Positions 7,478 to 17,322 of a stretch of 64,000 nt of DNA are shown one piece after another. The notes beneath the pieces are model-generated. The model ran no database searches. It had not been told where the DNA came from and worked only from the letters and a program-made list of their open reading frames with translations. Origin of the DNA: an uncultured bacterium (GTDB lineage Bacteria > Fidelibacterota > UBA2242); contig CAZNUN010000008.1 in NCBI GenBank assembly GCA_964576275.1, forward strand, positions 32,441-96,440, given 5' to 3'. The first letter of the stretch is position 1, and each line of letters starts with the position of its first letter. A program made the position numbers and the translations under genes.

Positions 7478-9340
7478 ATGCGTGAAATGAGAAAAACCTT
7501 AATCGTGGTAATAATTTTAACTGCTCTGATAACTGTATCATCCGGGGCTGAATTTAAGTTCGCCTGGTTTACCGACACTCATATCGGTTCCTCGACGGCT
7601 GCGGAAGACTTGCAGGCGGCTGTCGCAGATGTCAACCGGCAACCGGACATCCGGTTTGTAATTATTTCCGGTGATGTTACCGAACAGGATTTCGGCGTCA
7701 ACCTTAATCAGGCCAAGATGCTTTTGGATGAATTAAACTTTCCGCATTATGTAATTCCAGGTAATCACGATCTGAAATGGACCGATTCGGGCGGTGAACG
7801 GTACCGGAAACTGTTTGGAACAGATCATTTTAATTTCGAGTTTCAGGGTTTGCGTTTTATCGGATTTCATCAGGGGCCGTTGTTGAAAATGGGCGACGGT
7901 TATATTGCCCGGGAAGAACTGAGTTGGCTCGACTCGACCCTGCAGAATTTGCCGGACAAAAATCAGCGCCTGGTTTTCGTAACGCACTATCCTATGGACA
8001 ATTCCGTCAGCAATTATTTCGACTTCTTCCGGTTAATTGAAGGGTACAATGTCCAAGCCCTACTGTGCGGACACGGTCACGCCAACCGGATTTCCGATGC
8101 CGACGGTCTGCCGCAAATCATGAGCCGCTCGACTCTGCGCGCCCGGTCGGGAACCGGCGGTTATACGCTCGTTGAGGTTGATGACGATTCGATCCGTTTC
8201 AGCGAACGTTTATCTGCCGGGACTGCTGACAAAGTCTGGGCGACCGTTGCAATTCAGGATCGGCTTTATAAAAATACCGGAGCCGTCGAATCCCAGCCGG
8301 ATTACAGTCAAAATGAAAAATATCCTTTCGTAAAAGTCCAATGGACCTTCGATGCCGGCGCGACTGTGACGGCGGCGACGGCGACCGATGGTAAAATTGT
8401 GGTAGTCGGTGCGAAAGATGGCAGTTGTTATGCCTTATCGGTCAAAGACGGAAAGAAGTTATGGCGATTTCAGACCGAAGCGCCGCTGCTGGGAACGGCT
8501 GTGATGGCCGGTGACCGTGTAGTTATCGCAGGTTGCGATTCGGTTATATATTGCCTGAGTCTGAAAAACGGTTCGCCGGTCTGGCATGTGAAATGCGCAG
8601 CGCCGGTACTCAGTACACCAACTATTGACCGTGATATAGTTTATATCGGCGGGGCCGATGGAATTTTCCGCGCTCTCGCATTGAAGACCGGTAAAATGAT
8701 TTGGCAGACTAACGGTATCATTGGATTAGTCGAAACCCAGCCGCGCCTGTATAACGGCCGGCTGATCTTCGGAACCTGGGCGAATCGTTTGTATGCTCTG
8801 CGAGCCGCGACCGGTAAAATTGACTGGGAATGGCGCGATGGCTCGGCGCAGATTAATCTTTCTCCGGCGGCCTGTTACCCGGCGGCTTACAAGGATAAAA
8901 TTTTTATTGTGGCGCCGGATCGCTACATGACCTGCATTCAGGCTGACAGCGGCCGGACGCTTTGGCGCTTGAATCGTTATAAAGTGCGCGAATCACTGGG
9001 GATTTCCCAAGACGGGCGTATGATTTTCGCCAAGACTATGCAGGATACTGTGATTGCACTCGATGCTGAAGCGGATGCACCGCGGTATAAATGGGTGGTA
9101 TCAGCCGGTTACGGTTATGAAATCGATCCGTCCCGGCCGGTCGAATATGCCGGGCGACTATTCTTCGGCGATAAGAATGGATTTGTGCATGCGCTCGATG
9201 CTCAAACTGGCGAAGTTCTCTGGCATTACCGCCTCGGCTGGGCAGCCGTGAACGATATTACACCGCTGAACGCCAAGGAATTGTTAGTTTCGGCTGTTGA
9301 TGGCAGAATGCACCTAATTACGACCGGCGCAGTGAAATAG
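7478..9340 (+). CDS. Secreted calcineurin-like metallophosphoesterase fused to a PQQ-repeat beta-propeller domain
   Basis: 'FAWFTDTHIG', 'ISGDVT', 'IPGNHD' and 'CGHGH' are metallophosphoesterase motifs. The C-terminal half carries repeated 'DG.(I/V)...DG...A....G..LW' PQQ/BamB-like blades. The track ORF starts at a TTG at 7391; the start was trimmed to the ATG (MREMRK) with 'AAGGA' 7 nt upstream. Signal peptide follows. Confidence 0.7.
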   Translation: MREMRKTLIVVIILTALITVSSGAEFKFAWFTDTHIGSSTAAEDLQAAVADVNRQPDIRFVIISGDVTEQDFGVNLNQAKMLLDELNFPHYVIPGNHDLKWTDSGGERYRKLFGTDHFNFEFQGLRFIGFHQGPLLKMGDGYIAREELSWLDSTLQNLPDKNQRLVFVTHYPMDNSVSNYFDFFRLIEGYNVQALLCGHGHANRISDADGLPQIMSRSTLRARSGTGGYTLVEVDDDSIRFSERLSAGTADKVWATVAIQDRLYKNTGAVESQPDYSQNEKYPFVKVQWTFDAGATVTAATATDGKIVVVGAKDGSCYALSVKDGKKLWRFQTEAPLLGTAVMAGDRVVIAGCDSVIYCLSLKNGSPVWHVKCAAPVLSTPTIDRDIVYIGGADGIFRALALKTGKMIWQTNGIIGLVETQPRLYNGRLIFGTWANRLYALRAATGKIDWEWRDGSAQINLSPAACYPAAYKDKIFIVAPDRYMTCIQADSGRTLWRLNRYKVRESLGISQDGRMIFAKTMQDTVIALDAEADAPRYKWVVSAGYGYEIDPSRPVEYAGRLFFGDKNGFVHALDAQTGEVLWHYRLGWAAVNDITPLNAKELLVSAVDGRMHLITTGAVK

Positions 9341-9371
9341 AAAACGTATCTGATAATTCTTTTAAATGAAA

Positions 9372-9400
9372 AATCCCCGAACGACTTCGGGGATTTTATG
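9372..9400. terminator. Rho-independent terminator, bidirectional between convergent genes
   Basis: 'aatccccgaa-cgac-ttcggggatt' followed by 'ttatgttggtttt'. Coordinates +/-2. Confidence 0.65.
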
Positions 9401-9421
9401 TTGGTTTTGGCAGATAATTAT

Positions 9422-10441
9422 TTACACGAATAAGTCGCTAAAGCGAGCCGCGGGACGGTTTTTCCAGTGGCCCTGATGATAAGCATAACTGACTAAGAGC
9501 GGCATGGTCAGAGTGGCTTCACCGTAAACCATTTGTTCGTACTTGGTATCGACTTTGCCCCAGGAACTGGCCTCCTTGAGAGTCGAGCCGGAGAGACCGC
9601 CGTCACGTTCGTCGGCTACAGTCAACTGTACGGCGTATTTGTGCATCGGTTTTTCAATTTCCAGCACGTCGGTAGCCACGACTACGTCCTGAGTGAAATT
9701 TTTCGGGACGCCGCCGCCAATCATCAAAATGCCGGTCTCTTCCGCGGCGATTTTGACTTTGGTAAGTTCCAGAAAATCCCGGGCGGAATCAATGGTGACC
9801 ATCGCGTCTTTGCGATTCCACTGGTGATGGATCAGGCCGAATCCAGCCGAACAATCGGAGAACGCCGGCACGAAAATCGGCACGCCTTTTTTATAGGCCG
9901 AATAGATAATCGATTTCTCGGTTTTAATACCGACTTTGTCGAGATATTTGCCCATTTCCCAGATAAATTCGCGCGATGAGAAAGGACGCGGCGGCAGAGA
10001 ATTGGCGATTTCGGCGACCGTCATATCGCAGACGCGCAGTTCGTCTTCGTCGATGTAGGTATCGTAGATACGGTCGATCGCCAGGTCGCGCAGTTCACTG
10101 TCGTCGCTGAACGGTGTGCCGACGTAATGCTTGAAACCGAGGGCTTCGAAGAAATCCTGGTCGACCATCAGAGCGCCGGTTGATACGATGGCGTCCACCA
10201 TATTGTTTTCGACCATATCGGCCACGACGTCTTTCAGTCCGGCGCTGAACAATGAACCGGCCAGGGTCAGGATAACCTTGCACTTTTCGTCTTTCAGCAT
10301 CCGGTCGTAAATATCGGCCGCGACGGCCAGATTGCGCGCCTGAAAGGCCATTTTTTCATAAGCCCGCAGGATCGGACGCGCGTCGAATGTTTTTATATCA
10401 ATATGTTCGACCACCTTTTGCAGATAATCGTTCTTTTTCAT
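9422..10441 (-). CDS. Deoxyhypusine synthase-like aminobutyltransferase (DHS family; likely homospermidine-synthase-type function in a bacterium)
   Basis: 'MVENNMVDAIVSTGA' matches DHS 'LVQHNMVDVLVTTAGG'. 'GILMIGGGVPKNF' matches 'GMIILGGGVVKHH'. 'EASSWGKV' matches the catalytic-Lys region 'EAVSWGKI'. Its ATG overlaps the agmatinase stop (ATGA). Confidence 0.75.
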   Translation of the reverse strand: MKKNDYLQKVVEHIDIKTFDARPILRAYEKMAFQARNLAVAADIYDRMLKDEKCKVILTLAGSLFSAGLKDVVADMVENNMVDAIVSTGALMVDQDFFEALGFKHYVGTPFSDDSELRDLAIDRIYDTYIDEDELRVCDMTVAEIANSLPPRPFSSREFIWEMGKYLDKVGIKTEKSIIYSAYKKGVPIFVPAFSDCSAGFGLIHHQWNRKDAMVTIDSARDFLELTKVKIAAEETGILMIGGGVPKNFTQDVVVATDVLEIEKPMHKYAVQLTVADERDGGLSGSTLKEASSWGKVDTKYEQMVYGEATLTMPLLVSYAYHQGHWKNRPAARFSDLFV

Positions 10442-11313
10442 TTAGTTGACTCCTTTGCATAAATCATACTTAAAGTTCGGTAAATGAGTTTAGCCGCCAG
10501 AAAATCGGGGGCTTTGTCGGACGGATTGGGCAATAGCTCGTTGACATCCATGCCGACGATACGCTTTTTTTGAATAACATGCGATATGACGTTGATGACG
10601 TCATACCAGCCCAGACCGCCCGGTTCGGGCGTGCCGGTCGAGGGCATAATCGCCGGATCGAAGACATCCAGGTCGACGGTCAGGTACACATTTTCCGTCA
10701 GATTGGCGCAGATTTTATCGAAGATTTCCGGTGAATTGTGATACTCGTGCGCGAAAATAACCCGCGATTTATCCAGACGCGGCAGTTCGCCGAGGTCCAT
10801 ACTGCGAATGCCGACCTGCATGATCGGACAGAATTCGCGGATGCGGGCCATGACGCAGGCATGATTGTACCGGCTGTGTTCGTACTCGTCGCGCAGGTCG
10901 GAGTGGGCGTCCAGCTGCAGAACCGACAGATTCGGAAAATGTTTGGCATGCGCCTGCGCCAGTCCGATCGAGATGGAATGTTCGCCGCCGAGGCTGACGA
11001 CGAATTTGCCGTCGTTCAGCAGCTGTGCGGTTTTAGCCGCGACGATTTGCGCCAGGTCTTCGGGTTTCTCCGGGCAGTCAACCGGCGGTAAAGTGGTGAT
11101 ACCCTGCCGGTAAACTTCCAAGCCGGTCTCGATGTCGTAGAGTTCCATGTTGGCGGAAGCAGCCAGTAAAGCCGCCGGGCCGTTGTCAGCCCCTTTTTGC
11201 CAGGTGGCGGTTCCGTCGTAAGGAATTGGCAAAATGGCTATCCGTGAAGATGGATACTGAGAATATTCCGACGCGAGCGCGCCGAAGGCTCCGGGTGAAA
11301 AGGCAGTCGGCAT
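10438..11313 (-). CDS. speB: Agmatinase / arginase-family ureohydrolase
   Basis: Arginase-fold Mn-binding motifs: 'GGEHSISIG', 'DAHSDLRDE' and 'SVDLDVFDPAIMPSTGTPEPGG'. Confidence 0.7.
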   Translation of the reverse strand: MPTAFSPGAFGALASEYSQYPSSRIAILPIPYDGTATWQKGADNGPAALLAASANMELYDIETGLEVYRQGITTLPPVDCPEKPEDLAQIVAAKTAQLLNDGKFVVSLGGEHSISIGLAQAHAKHFPNLSVLQLDAHSDLRDEYEHSRYNHACVMARIREFCPIMQVGIRSMDLGELPRLDKSRVIFAHEYHNSPEIFDKICANLTENVYLTVDLDVFDPAIMPSTGTPEPGGLGWYDVINVISHVIQKKRIVGMDVNELLPNPSDKAPDFLAAKLIYRTLSMIYAKESTK

Positions 11314-11328
11314 TTTTTTTATGTCAGA

Positions 11329-11718
11329 CTAAGGGTGTTGCGGGAAATCTTCGCCACGCTCTCTAAGATACCATTTGGGAGACTGGCTTTTAAAATATTC
11401 TATGATAAGATCCCGCGCCATATCCACGTCGAATGCCCGACAGGAGAAAAGGTCAACAAATGCAAATTTTTTACTGGGATATGTATGCACGGAAATGTGA
11501 CTTTCGGCAATGATCACGACGCCTGTAATACCTTCGTCGCCGGGGAAGCGTCCTTCGTACCGGAATACATAAGGCTGGGTAATTTTGGTCATGCCGATTT
11601 TGGGGGGGAGTTCGTTTAAAAGTTTGAAGCAAGCTTCGAGACTGTCTAAAACCGCTGGTTCACAGTCATTTAAATCCAGCATTAAGTGGGGTCCATAGCC
11701 ATACTTTGTTTCTGCCAT
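11329..11718 (-). CDS. speH: S-adenosylmethionine decarboxylase proenzyme, class 1b (pyruvoyl-dependent, SpeH/SpeD type)
   Basis: 'GVVIIAESHISVHTYPSKKFAFVDLFSCRAF' contains the ES(H) self-cleavage site of the small AdoMetDC family. The track ORF extends to 11820; the start was trimmed to ATG 11718 (MAETKYG), with 'GGAGGG' 11 nt upstream. Confidence 0.6.
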   Translation of the reverse strand: MAETKYGYGPHLMLDLNDCEPAVLDSLEACFKLLNELPPKIGMTKITQPYVFRYEGRFPGDEGITGVVIIAESHISVHTYPSKKFAFVDLFSCRAFDVDMARDLIIEYFKSQSPKWYLRERGEDFPQHP

Positions 11719-11919
11719 TTCGCATAAACCCTCCATTAATGAGTTAATCACGACACACAGTTCAAACCGATATGAGGCATCGTTTTGAAATCTGTAAAAA
11801 AACGCGCTATTATACGTCATTTTTTTTATTTTTCAAACAAAAATTATTCAGAGAAAACAAGATGATTTTCCGACGGGAGGCGAGGAGAAGCCAATGTTAA
11901 AGTTGCTAAAATATTTTTA

Positions 11920-11948
11920 TTGACTTTGAATATTTATTCGTTTAGATT
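11920..11948 (+). promoter_or_regulatory. Sigma70-type promoter candidate for the tetR-MMPL operon
   Basis: 'TTGACT'-17 nt-'TAGATT', about 20 nt upstream of the tetR start. Coordinates +/-2. Confidence 0.35.
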
Positions 11949-11957
11949 GGAAACGAA
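11937..11957. promoter_or_regulatory. Inverted repeat overlapping the -10 element, a candidate TetR operator
   Basis: 'TTCGTTT-agattgg-AAACGAA' has 7-bp perfect arms with a 7-nt spacer. It lies immediately upstream of the TetR-family gene. Coordinates +/-2. Confidence 0.35.
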
Positions 11958-11966
11958 AAAAACGAA

Positions 11967-12587
11967 ATGAGTTTCCAAGGTATGAAAGATGAAAATAAAA
12001 AATTGACACCAGCCGTCGCCTACGCCCGCCAATTTATCCTGGCCAACGGCACACATGGACTGAATCTCGATCAACTAACTGCCGACCTGCACATCGCCAA
12101 GAAAACCATTTACAAAGAATTTGCCACCAAAGATCAATTTATCGAGTATGTTCTGTTTGACATTTATCGCGAACTCTTTACTGAAACCCGGGCGGTGCAA
12201 TTAGATAAAAAGAACCCATTGCAATGTTTCTATGAATTAATGAAAGTGCTTTTCCGGCATGTTTCGCAGATCAATCCAAAGACAGTTCTGGATGTCAAAT
12301 TATTTTTTCCGCGAGTGTGGAAGGAGATCGAGGAATTCGAACAGGAAGTAATCAACCGCATATTAGACTCTTTTCAGAAAGCGGACGAATTAGGTCTGTT
12401 GCGCAAGAAATTCAATCTGAAATTCACCGCTGATTTTATTGTTAGGATGCTGGAAAACACGTTTCAGCCGGAGCTGTTTATTAACGCGCCCTATTCAATT
12501 GCCGACATGATTCAGATATTTGTAGATATAATCATGAATGGAATTATGGATAAAAAATTCACCTTTAATTTTTCGGATGCTGAATGA
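11967..12587 (+). CDS. TetR/AcrR-family transcriptional regulator
   Basis: N-terminal HTH 'GLNLDQLTADLHIAKKTIYKEFATKDQFIEYVL' fits the TetR_N pattern. 206 aa. First gene of a translationally coupled operon. Confidence 0.6.
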   Translation: MSFQGMKDENKKLTPAVAYARQFILANGTHGLNLDQLTADLHIAKKTIYKEFATKDQFIEYVLFDIYRELFTETRAVQLDKKNPLQCFYELMKVLFRHVSQINPKTVLDVKLFFPRVWKEIEEFEQEVINRILDSFQKADELGLLRKKFNLKFTADFIVRMLENTFQPELFINAPYSIADMIQIFVDIIMNGIMDKKFTFNFSDAE

Positions 12588-14866
12588 TTAAGAAAATTAT
12601 CGAATTCGACCTGAAATACCCGCGCACGATCATCGCCGCGTGTATCCTGCTAACATTACTGATGGGCTGGAGTATTCCACGCATCCAGCTGGAGCCGGAT
12701 GTCAAAGCCCTGATGCCGCAGGATTTCGAGATCATAAATTCCATGAAAGAGATGGAAGATACGTTTGGCGGCAACGATCTGGTCGTGGTTTCGATTACAT
12801 CAGAGAATATCTTCTCGTTGGCGACGCTGGAGAAAATTGAAGCCATGACGGCCGAAATCGAAACGCTGGCGACGGTTGATCAGGTGGTTTCGATTACGAA
12901 TGTCCCGGACGTCGTAGGTACTGCCGATGGCTTTGAAGTTCACGAAATGATTGAGGATTTGCCGACGACGGTCAGCCAGATTGATTCCCTCAAAAAGCGC
13001 ATCGCTGATAATCGCATGATCTACGGGACATTAGTTTCGGAGGATTTCCAAAAAGCCGGGATTATTGCATATCTGGATGTCGCCGGACATAAGAACACCG
13101 ACAATGAAATATATGACACCTTCATGGCGCTTAAGCATAAATATGAGGGTCCCGAAAAGATACATATGGCCGGGTTGCCTTTAACCCGTCGGGAAGTGTC
13201 CGCCACGATGACTTCGGATGTTAAAAAACTTTTTCCGTACGGGATAACTCTGATGATTCTGCTGTTGGTTTTTACTTTCCACAGCTGGACGGGCGCCTTT
13301 TTACCTTTTACCGTTGTGATAATGTCAATCGTGTTCACGATCGGGCTAATGGTCATGGTCGGAGTGAAGATGACTGTGGTCGAGATGCTGATTCCGGTGA
13401 TGCTGATCGCAATTGCGAACAGTTATAGCATTCAGGTTATCACCCAATATTTCGTGGAGTATTTCAATAATCCCAAAGCCGATAAGGACAATCTTATCCG
13501 GCTGATTTTGTCCTATCTGACGACGCCGGTGCTGTTGTCCGGATTTACGACGCTGGTCGGATTCCTCAGTCTGCGGTCGCATATTTTACCGCCGGCGAAA
13601 AATCTCGGATTGTTGTGTGCCTGTGGAACGACGATGGCCTATATCTACAGCCTGACCTTCATTCCGGCGGCGCTGAAACTGCTCGATTTTCCGGCGACTC
13701 TGAAAGCTGCCAGTTCGCATGAACGCACCAGTCGGTTTATGCAAGGCTGGGGGCGCTTTTTCATTCGTTTTCGCAAACCGTTCTTGATTGCCTGCCTGCT
13801 GGGAATTATCGGTGTGTCAACTGGAATGACCCGCATTATCGTGGATACCAATCCGATTGCATACTGGAAGAAATCGGCTGAAATCCGCCAGAGCAACGAT
13901 GTCATCGACCGGAATTTCGGCGGGAGTTCGACGATTTCTATCCTGGCGACCGGCGATATTAAAGATCCGGAATTTCTGCGCAAGATCGAAAGTCTGTGCA
14001 CGTTTCTGGAGAGCCAGCCGGCTGTGACGCGCGCCAATTCGATTGTGGACATGCTAAAACGTATGAACCAGGCCTTTCACGGCGACAGCGTCCAGTATAA
14101 TATCATCCCGGCGACTACCGAAGAGGTCGCCCAGTATCTTTTTCTGTATTCTTTGACCGGCGATACGAAAGATCTGGACCGCTTTGTGGATTACGACTAT
14201 ACCCAGGCGCAAATTCTGGCGCGGGTGAATGACTCCAGCTCGAAGACCTCTTATAAACTCTATACCGACACACAAGATTTTATCGCTAATAACATGGGAA
14301 CGGAAAATTTCCCGTCGGTTTCCGGGATGGCGCCGCTGATCGGGGTTTTATCGAAATTGGTTGTAGATGGACAAATTCGCAGTCTGGCGCTTTCGATTGT
14401 CGCGGTTTTTATCATTGTGGCGATTGCCTTCCGTTCCACGGTTGCCGGACTGATTTCCATCGTTCCACTCAGCGCGGCGGTGGTATGCCTGTTTGGAGTG
14501 ATGGGTTATGTTGGCATCACGCTGAATATGGCCACCGCCCTGATTTCCAGCATCATGATTGGCATTGGCATTGATTACACGATTCATTTTATCTTTCGTT
14601 TTCGCCTGGAAGCTAGGAAAGACGGAGATGCGGAACAAGCCGCTATCCGAACAATGACCACAAGCGGAAAAGGAATTGTTTATAACGCGGTTGCGGTTAT
14701 AATCGGTTTTACGGTATTGATGCTTTCCGGATTCGAGCCGATTTTCTTCTTTGGTTTTTTAATTGTGTTTTCGATCGTCGGCTGTTTATTCGGAGCGCTA
14801 ACGATTCTGCCGTCTTTGCTGATATTGACCAAACCGGGTTTTATTTTTGGAAAAAGGAGTAAATGA
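12584..14866 (+). CDS. MMPL/RND-superfamily exporter (two 6-TM bundles with large periplasmic loops)
   Basis: 760 aa with duplicated halves. RND/SSD-like TM regions ('...PVMLIAIANSYSIQVITQYF...' and '...SSIMIGIGIDYTIHFIFRF...'). ATGA overlap with tetR. Confidence 0.7.
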   Translation: MIKKIIEFDLKYPRTIIAACILLTLLMGWSIPRIQLEPDVKALMPQDFEIINSMKEMEDTFGGNDLVVVSITSENIFSLATLEKIEAMTAEIETLATVDQVVSITNVPDVVGTADGFEVHEMIEDLPTTVSQIDSLKKRIADNRMIYGTLVSEDFQKAGIIAYLDVAGHKNTDNEIYDTFMALKHKYEGPEKIHMAGLPLTRREVSATMTSDVKKLFPYGITLMILLLVFTFHSWTGAFLPFTVVIMSIVFTIGLMVMVGVKMTVVEMLIPVMLIAIANSYSIQVITQYFVEYFNNPKADKDNLIRLILSYLTTPVLLSGFTTLVGFLSLRSHILPPAKNLGLLCACGTTMAYIYSLTFIPAALKLLDFPATLKAASSHERTSRFMQGWGRFFIRFRKPFLIACLLGIIGVSTGMTRIIVDTNPIAYWKKSAEIRQSNDVIDRNFGGSSTISILATGDIKDPEFLRKIESLCTFLESQPAVTRANSIVDMLKRMNQAFHGDSVQYNIIPATTEEVAQYLFLYSLTGDTKDLDRFVDYDYTQAQILARVNDSSSKTSYKLYTDTQDFIANNMGTENFPSVSGMAPLIGVLSKLVVDGQIRSLALSIVAVFIIVAIAFRSTVAGLISIVPLSAAVVCLFGVMGYVGITLNMATALISSIMIGIGIDYTIHFIFRFRLEARKDGDAEQAAIRTMTTSGKGIVYNAVAVIIGFTVLMLSGFEPIFFFGFLIVFSIVGCLFGALTILPSLLILTKPGFIFGKRSK

Positions 14867-15222
14867 TGACCTCTGAGCGTCGAGATAAAAATATCGCCCG
14901 TTCAATTCTAATTGTCTCAGGCGGGATTGTGATTTATTGGCTTTACGAGGCGATTGTCTGGCTGGTTCACTGGCTAAGCACTGCCGGTTTGAAAGCCGGA
15001 GTGGGAGTGAATTTCGGAGAATTTTGCCTGGACAATCTGGGCATTATTCTAGTCGTTTATGTTATAATCTGTCTGCAAATTGCCGGCGTTGTGGAGTTCC
15101 GCCAGCGCAGAAATTTTACGGAGGCGTTTTTTCTGGGAGTCATTCTGACTCCGATATTAATGCCGGTTTATATGAGATTAAAAGAGAAAGGCTTCTTCAA
15201 GGCCAAAAGGAGGTTTGAATGA
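14863..15222 (+). CDS. Small integral membrane protein (3 TM), operon member
   Basis: 119 aa, hydrophobic. Overlaps both neighbours by 4 nt. Confidence 0.4.
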   Translation: MMTSERRDKNIARSILIVSGGIVIYWLYEAIVWLVHWLSTAGLKAGVGVNFGEFCLDNLGIILVVYVIICLQIAGVVEFRQRRNFTEAFFLGVILTPILMPVYMRLKEKGFFKAKRRFE

Positions 15223-16016
15223 AAAGATATTTTTCGTTGTTATTAATGTTAGCGCTTATTGTGCTTTTTGCTAATCCAGGTTGGGCGCAGATGTCCGGGC
15301 GTGACATTATGTTGAAAGTCGAAAAACAACAAGAGGTCAAAGCCCGGGTGGTTAAATCGAAAATGATTTTAGTTAATAAGCAAAATAAAACCCGTGAGCG
15401 GGATGTCCTTCAATATACCAAATCGGTCAACGATCCCAACGGCATCGACGATAAAATTCTGGTGTTTTTCGAATATCCGGCAGACATCCGCGGAACCGGC
15501 TTACTGATGATTTCATACACTGACATCAAGAAAGACGACGATCGCTGGCTTTACCTGCCGGCTTTGAAAAAAGTCCGCCGGATCGCGGGCGAGAGCAAGA
15601 ACGAATACTTCATGGGAACCGATTTTACCTACGATGATATGGGTGGCCGCGGCATCGATCAGGACACCCATAAATTGCTGGGCGAGGAAACGATTGACGG
15701 AGTAAAATGTTACAAAATCGAGTCGGTTCCTGTTGATAAGAATGATTTATACAGTAAGAAAATCGGCTGGGTAATCGCTGATAAATGGGTTCATTTGAAA
15801 GTTGAGTTTTACGATCGTAAAGGCCAGCTCCTGAAAACCATGCAGGCCACGGACATCCGCAATGTTTCGGGAGTCTGGCTGCAGTTTAATCTGGAGATGA
15901 CGAATTTTGCCGAAAATCATAAGACTATTCTGAAAATTCTAGAAGCTAAAATCAACGAACCAATCGACGACCAGATATTTACTACCACAGCCCTGGAGCG
16001 CGGAGGCATCAAATGA
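15219..16016 (+). CDS. LolA-like 'outer-membrane lipoprotein-sorting' family protein, the periplasmic partner typical of MMPL exporters
   Basis: Signal peptide. 'DDRWLYLPALKKVRRIAGESKNEYFMGTDFTYDDM' is characteristic of the LolA-like family found next to MMPL transporters. Confidence 0.5.
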   Translation: MKRYFSLLLMLALIVLFANPGWAQMSGRDIMLKVEKQQEVKARVVKSKMILVNKQNKTRERDVLQYTKSVNDPNGIDDKILVFFEYPADIRGTGLLMISYTDIKKDDDRWLYLPALKKVRRIAGESKNEYFMGTDFTYDDMGGRGIDQDTHKLLGEETIDGVKCYKIESVPVDKNDLYSKKIGWVIADKWVHLKVEFYDRKGQLLKTMQATDIRNVSGVWLQFNLEMTNFAENHKTILKILEAKINEPIDDQIFTTTALERGGIK

Positions 16017-17299
16017 AACGGGTAGTAATCGGAATGGCCTTACTGCTTCTGATGTGCCTGAATAAGCCGTTACAAGGCCAGGTGACTTTACGTGGTTTTG
16101 TCTTGAATCAGGATATGTTCAGAGCGCGTGAGGCAACGGACGCGATGCTGATTCGCAACCGCCTGCGCCTGAATGCCGAACTTTCCGGAGATAATGTGGC
16201 GGCTTATGCCTCGCTGGACATTACCAATGACATTACCGACAGCACTACGACCATTCCCAATCTGCGGGAGGTTTACCTTGATATTTACAGCAACTGGCTG
16301 GATTTACGCATCGGCAAGCAGCAGGTCGTGTGGGGAAAAACCGACGGTTATTTCATTAATGATATCGTGAACCCGCTGGATTTGTCCTATTTCCTGTTGC
16401 AGGAGTTTGACGATATTCGCATGGCCACAACCATGCTGAATGCCAAATTGCATCGCGGCAATCATTCCCTGGAAATGCTGTTCATCCCGGAATTCAAACC
16501 GATCAATTTGTTATTTGAGGGTGACTGGGGATATGAGCGGCCGGATTCCATCGATGTCCCTGATCCAGCATCCAGTTACAGTGAAGGAACTATGACTGTT
16601 CCAATAAATTATCAAGGTGATTCAGATGTAAAACCGTCCCTAAAAAATGCCGAATACGGTTTCAAATTCAATACCTTTATTTTTGGAACCGACCTGGCCC
16701 TGATTTACCTGCGAAGCCGGGAAGACCGGCCGGTTTACTTTACCCAAATGTTTCTGACTACATCTGGAATAAGTATGAATCTGACGCCGACACATCCCTG
16801 GCAGAGTTTTTTCGGCTTGAATTTTTCCAGGCCGTGGGGCGCATTCGTTTTTCGGGGTGAAGGCGGATACTATCCGGAGCGTCACTTCAACACCGAGAAT
16901 CAAACCTATTTATCGGATGGAATGATCATCGCAAAGCCCTTCACACAGTTAATGCTTGGTGCCGATTATCAGTTATCATCGTCTCTCGACCTGTCGATTC
17001 AGGCAATCAATGAACGAATTCTGGATTTTGAAGAGGGAATCCAAAACGATGAAAATGTAATGATCGGAACGTTGATGCTACGGGGACATTTTGTTAATGA
17101 GACGGTTTCGCCGCTGTTTTTCCTGTTGAATAATTTTGAAGATAAATCGTCTTTATTACGTTTGAGCGTTGACTGGAATTACGCGGACAACTTTACCGTG
17201 ACGGCCGGAGCGGATTTTCTGAGCGGCGATGCGGATACGATTTTTGGTATGTATGCTAACAATGATAATGTTTATTTGAAGTTGAGATATAGTTTTTAG
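16013..17299 (+). CDS. Outer-membrane beta-barrel protein (operon-terminal; C-terminal 'LKLRYSF')
   Basis: Signal peptide. Alternating amphipathic strands. Terminal aromatic residue. Coupled to the LolA-like gene. Confidence 0.45.
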   Translation: MKRVVIGMALLLLMCLNKPLQGQVTLRGFVLNQDMFRAREATDAMLIRNRLRLNAELSGDNVAAYASLDITNDITDSTTTIPNLREVYLDIYSNWLDLRIGKQQVVWGKTDGYFINDIVNPLDLSYFLLQEFDDIRMATTMLNAKLHRGNHSLEMLFIPEFKPINLLFEGDWGYERPDSIDVPDPASSYSEGTMTVPINYQGDSDVKPSLKNAEYGFKFNTFIFGTDLALIYLRSREDRPVYFTQMFLTTSGISMNLTPTHPWQSFFGLNFSRPWGAFVFRGEGGYYPERHFNTENQTYLSDGMIIAKPFTQLMLGADYQLSSSLDLSIQAINERILDFEEGIQNDENVMIGTLMLRGHFVNETVSPLFFLLNNFEDKSSLLRLSVDWNYADNFTVTAGADFLSGDADTIFGMYANNDNVYLKLRYSF

Positions 17300-17322
17300 T
17301 TTCTCATATAGAATATGGAAAA

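Noticed and set aside
9533-11113. Antisense ORFs across the DHS-like and agmatinase genes (9533-9979 +, 10738-11091 +, 10865-11113 +, 10095-10283 -)
   Set aside because: They are embedded in strongly supported CDSs on the opposite strand. Arg/Gly-rich translations are typical of antisense GC-rich coding sequence.
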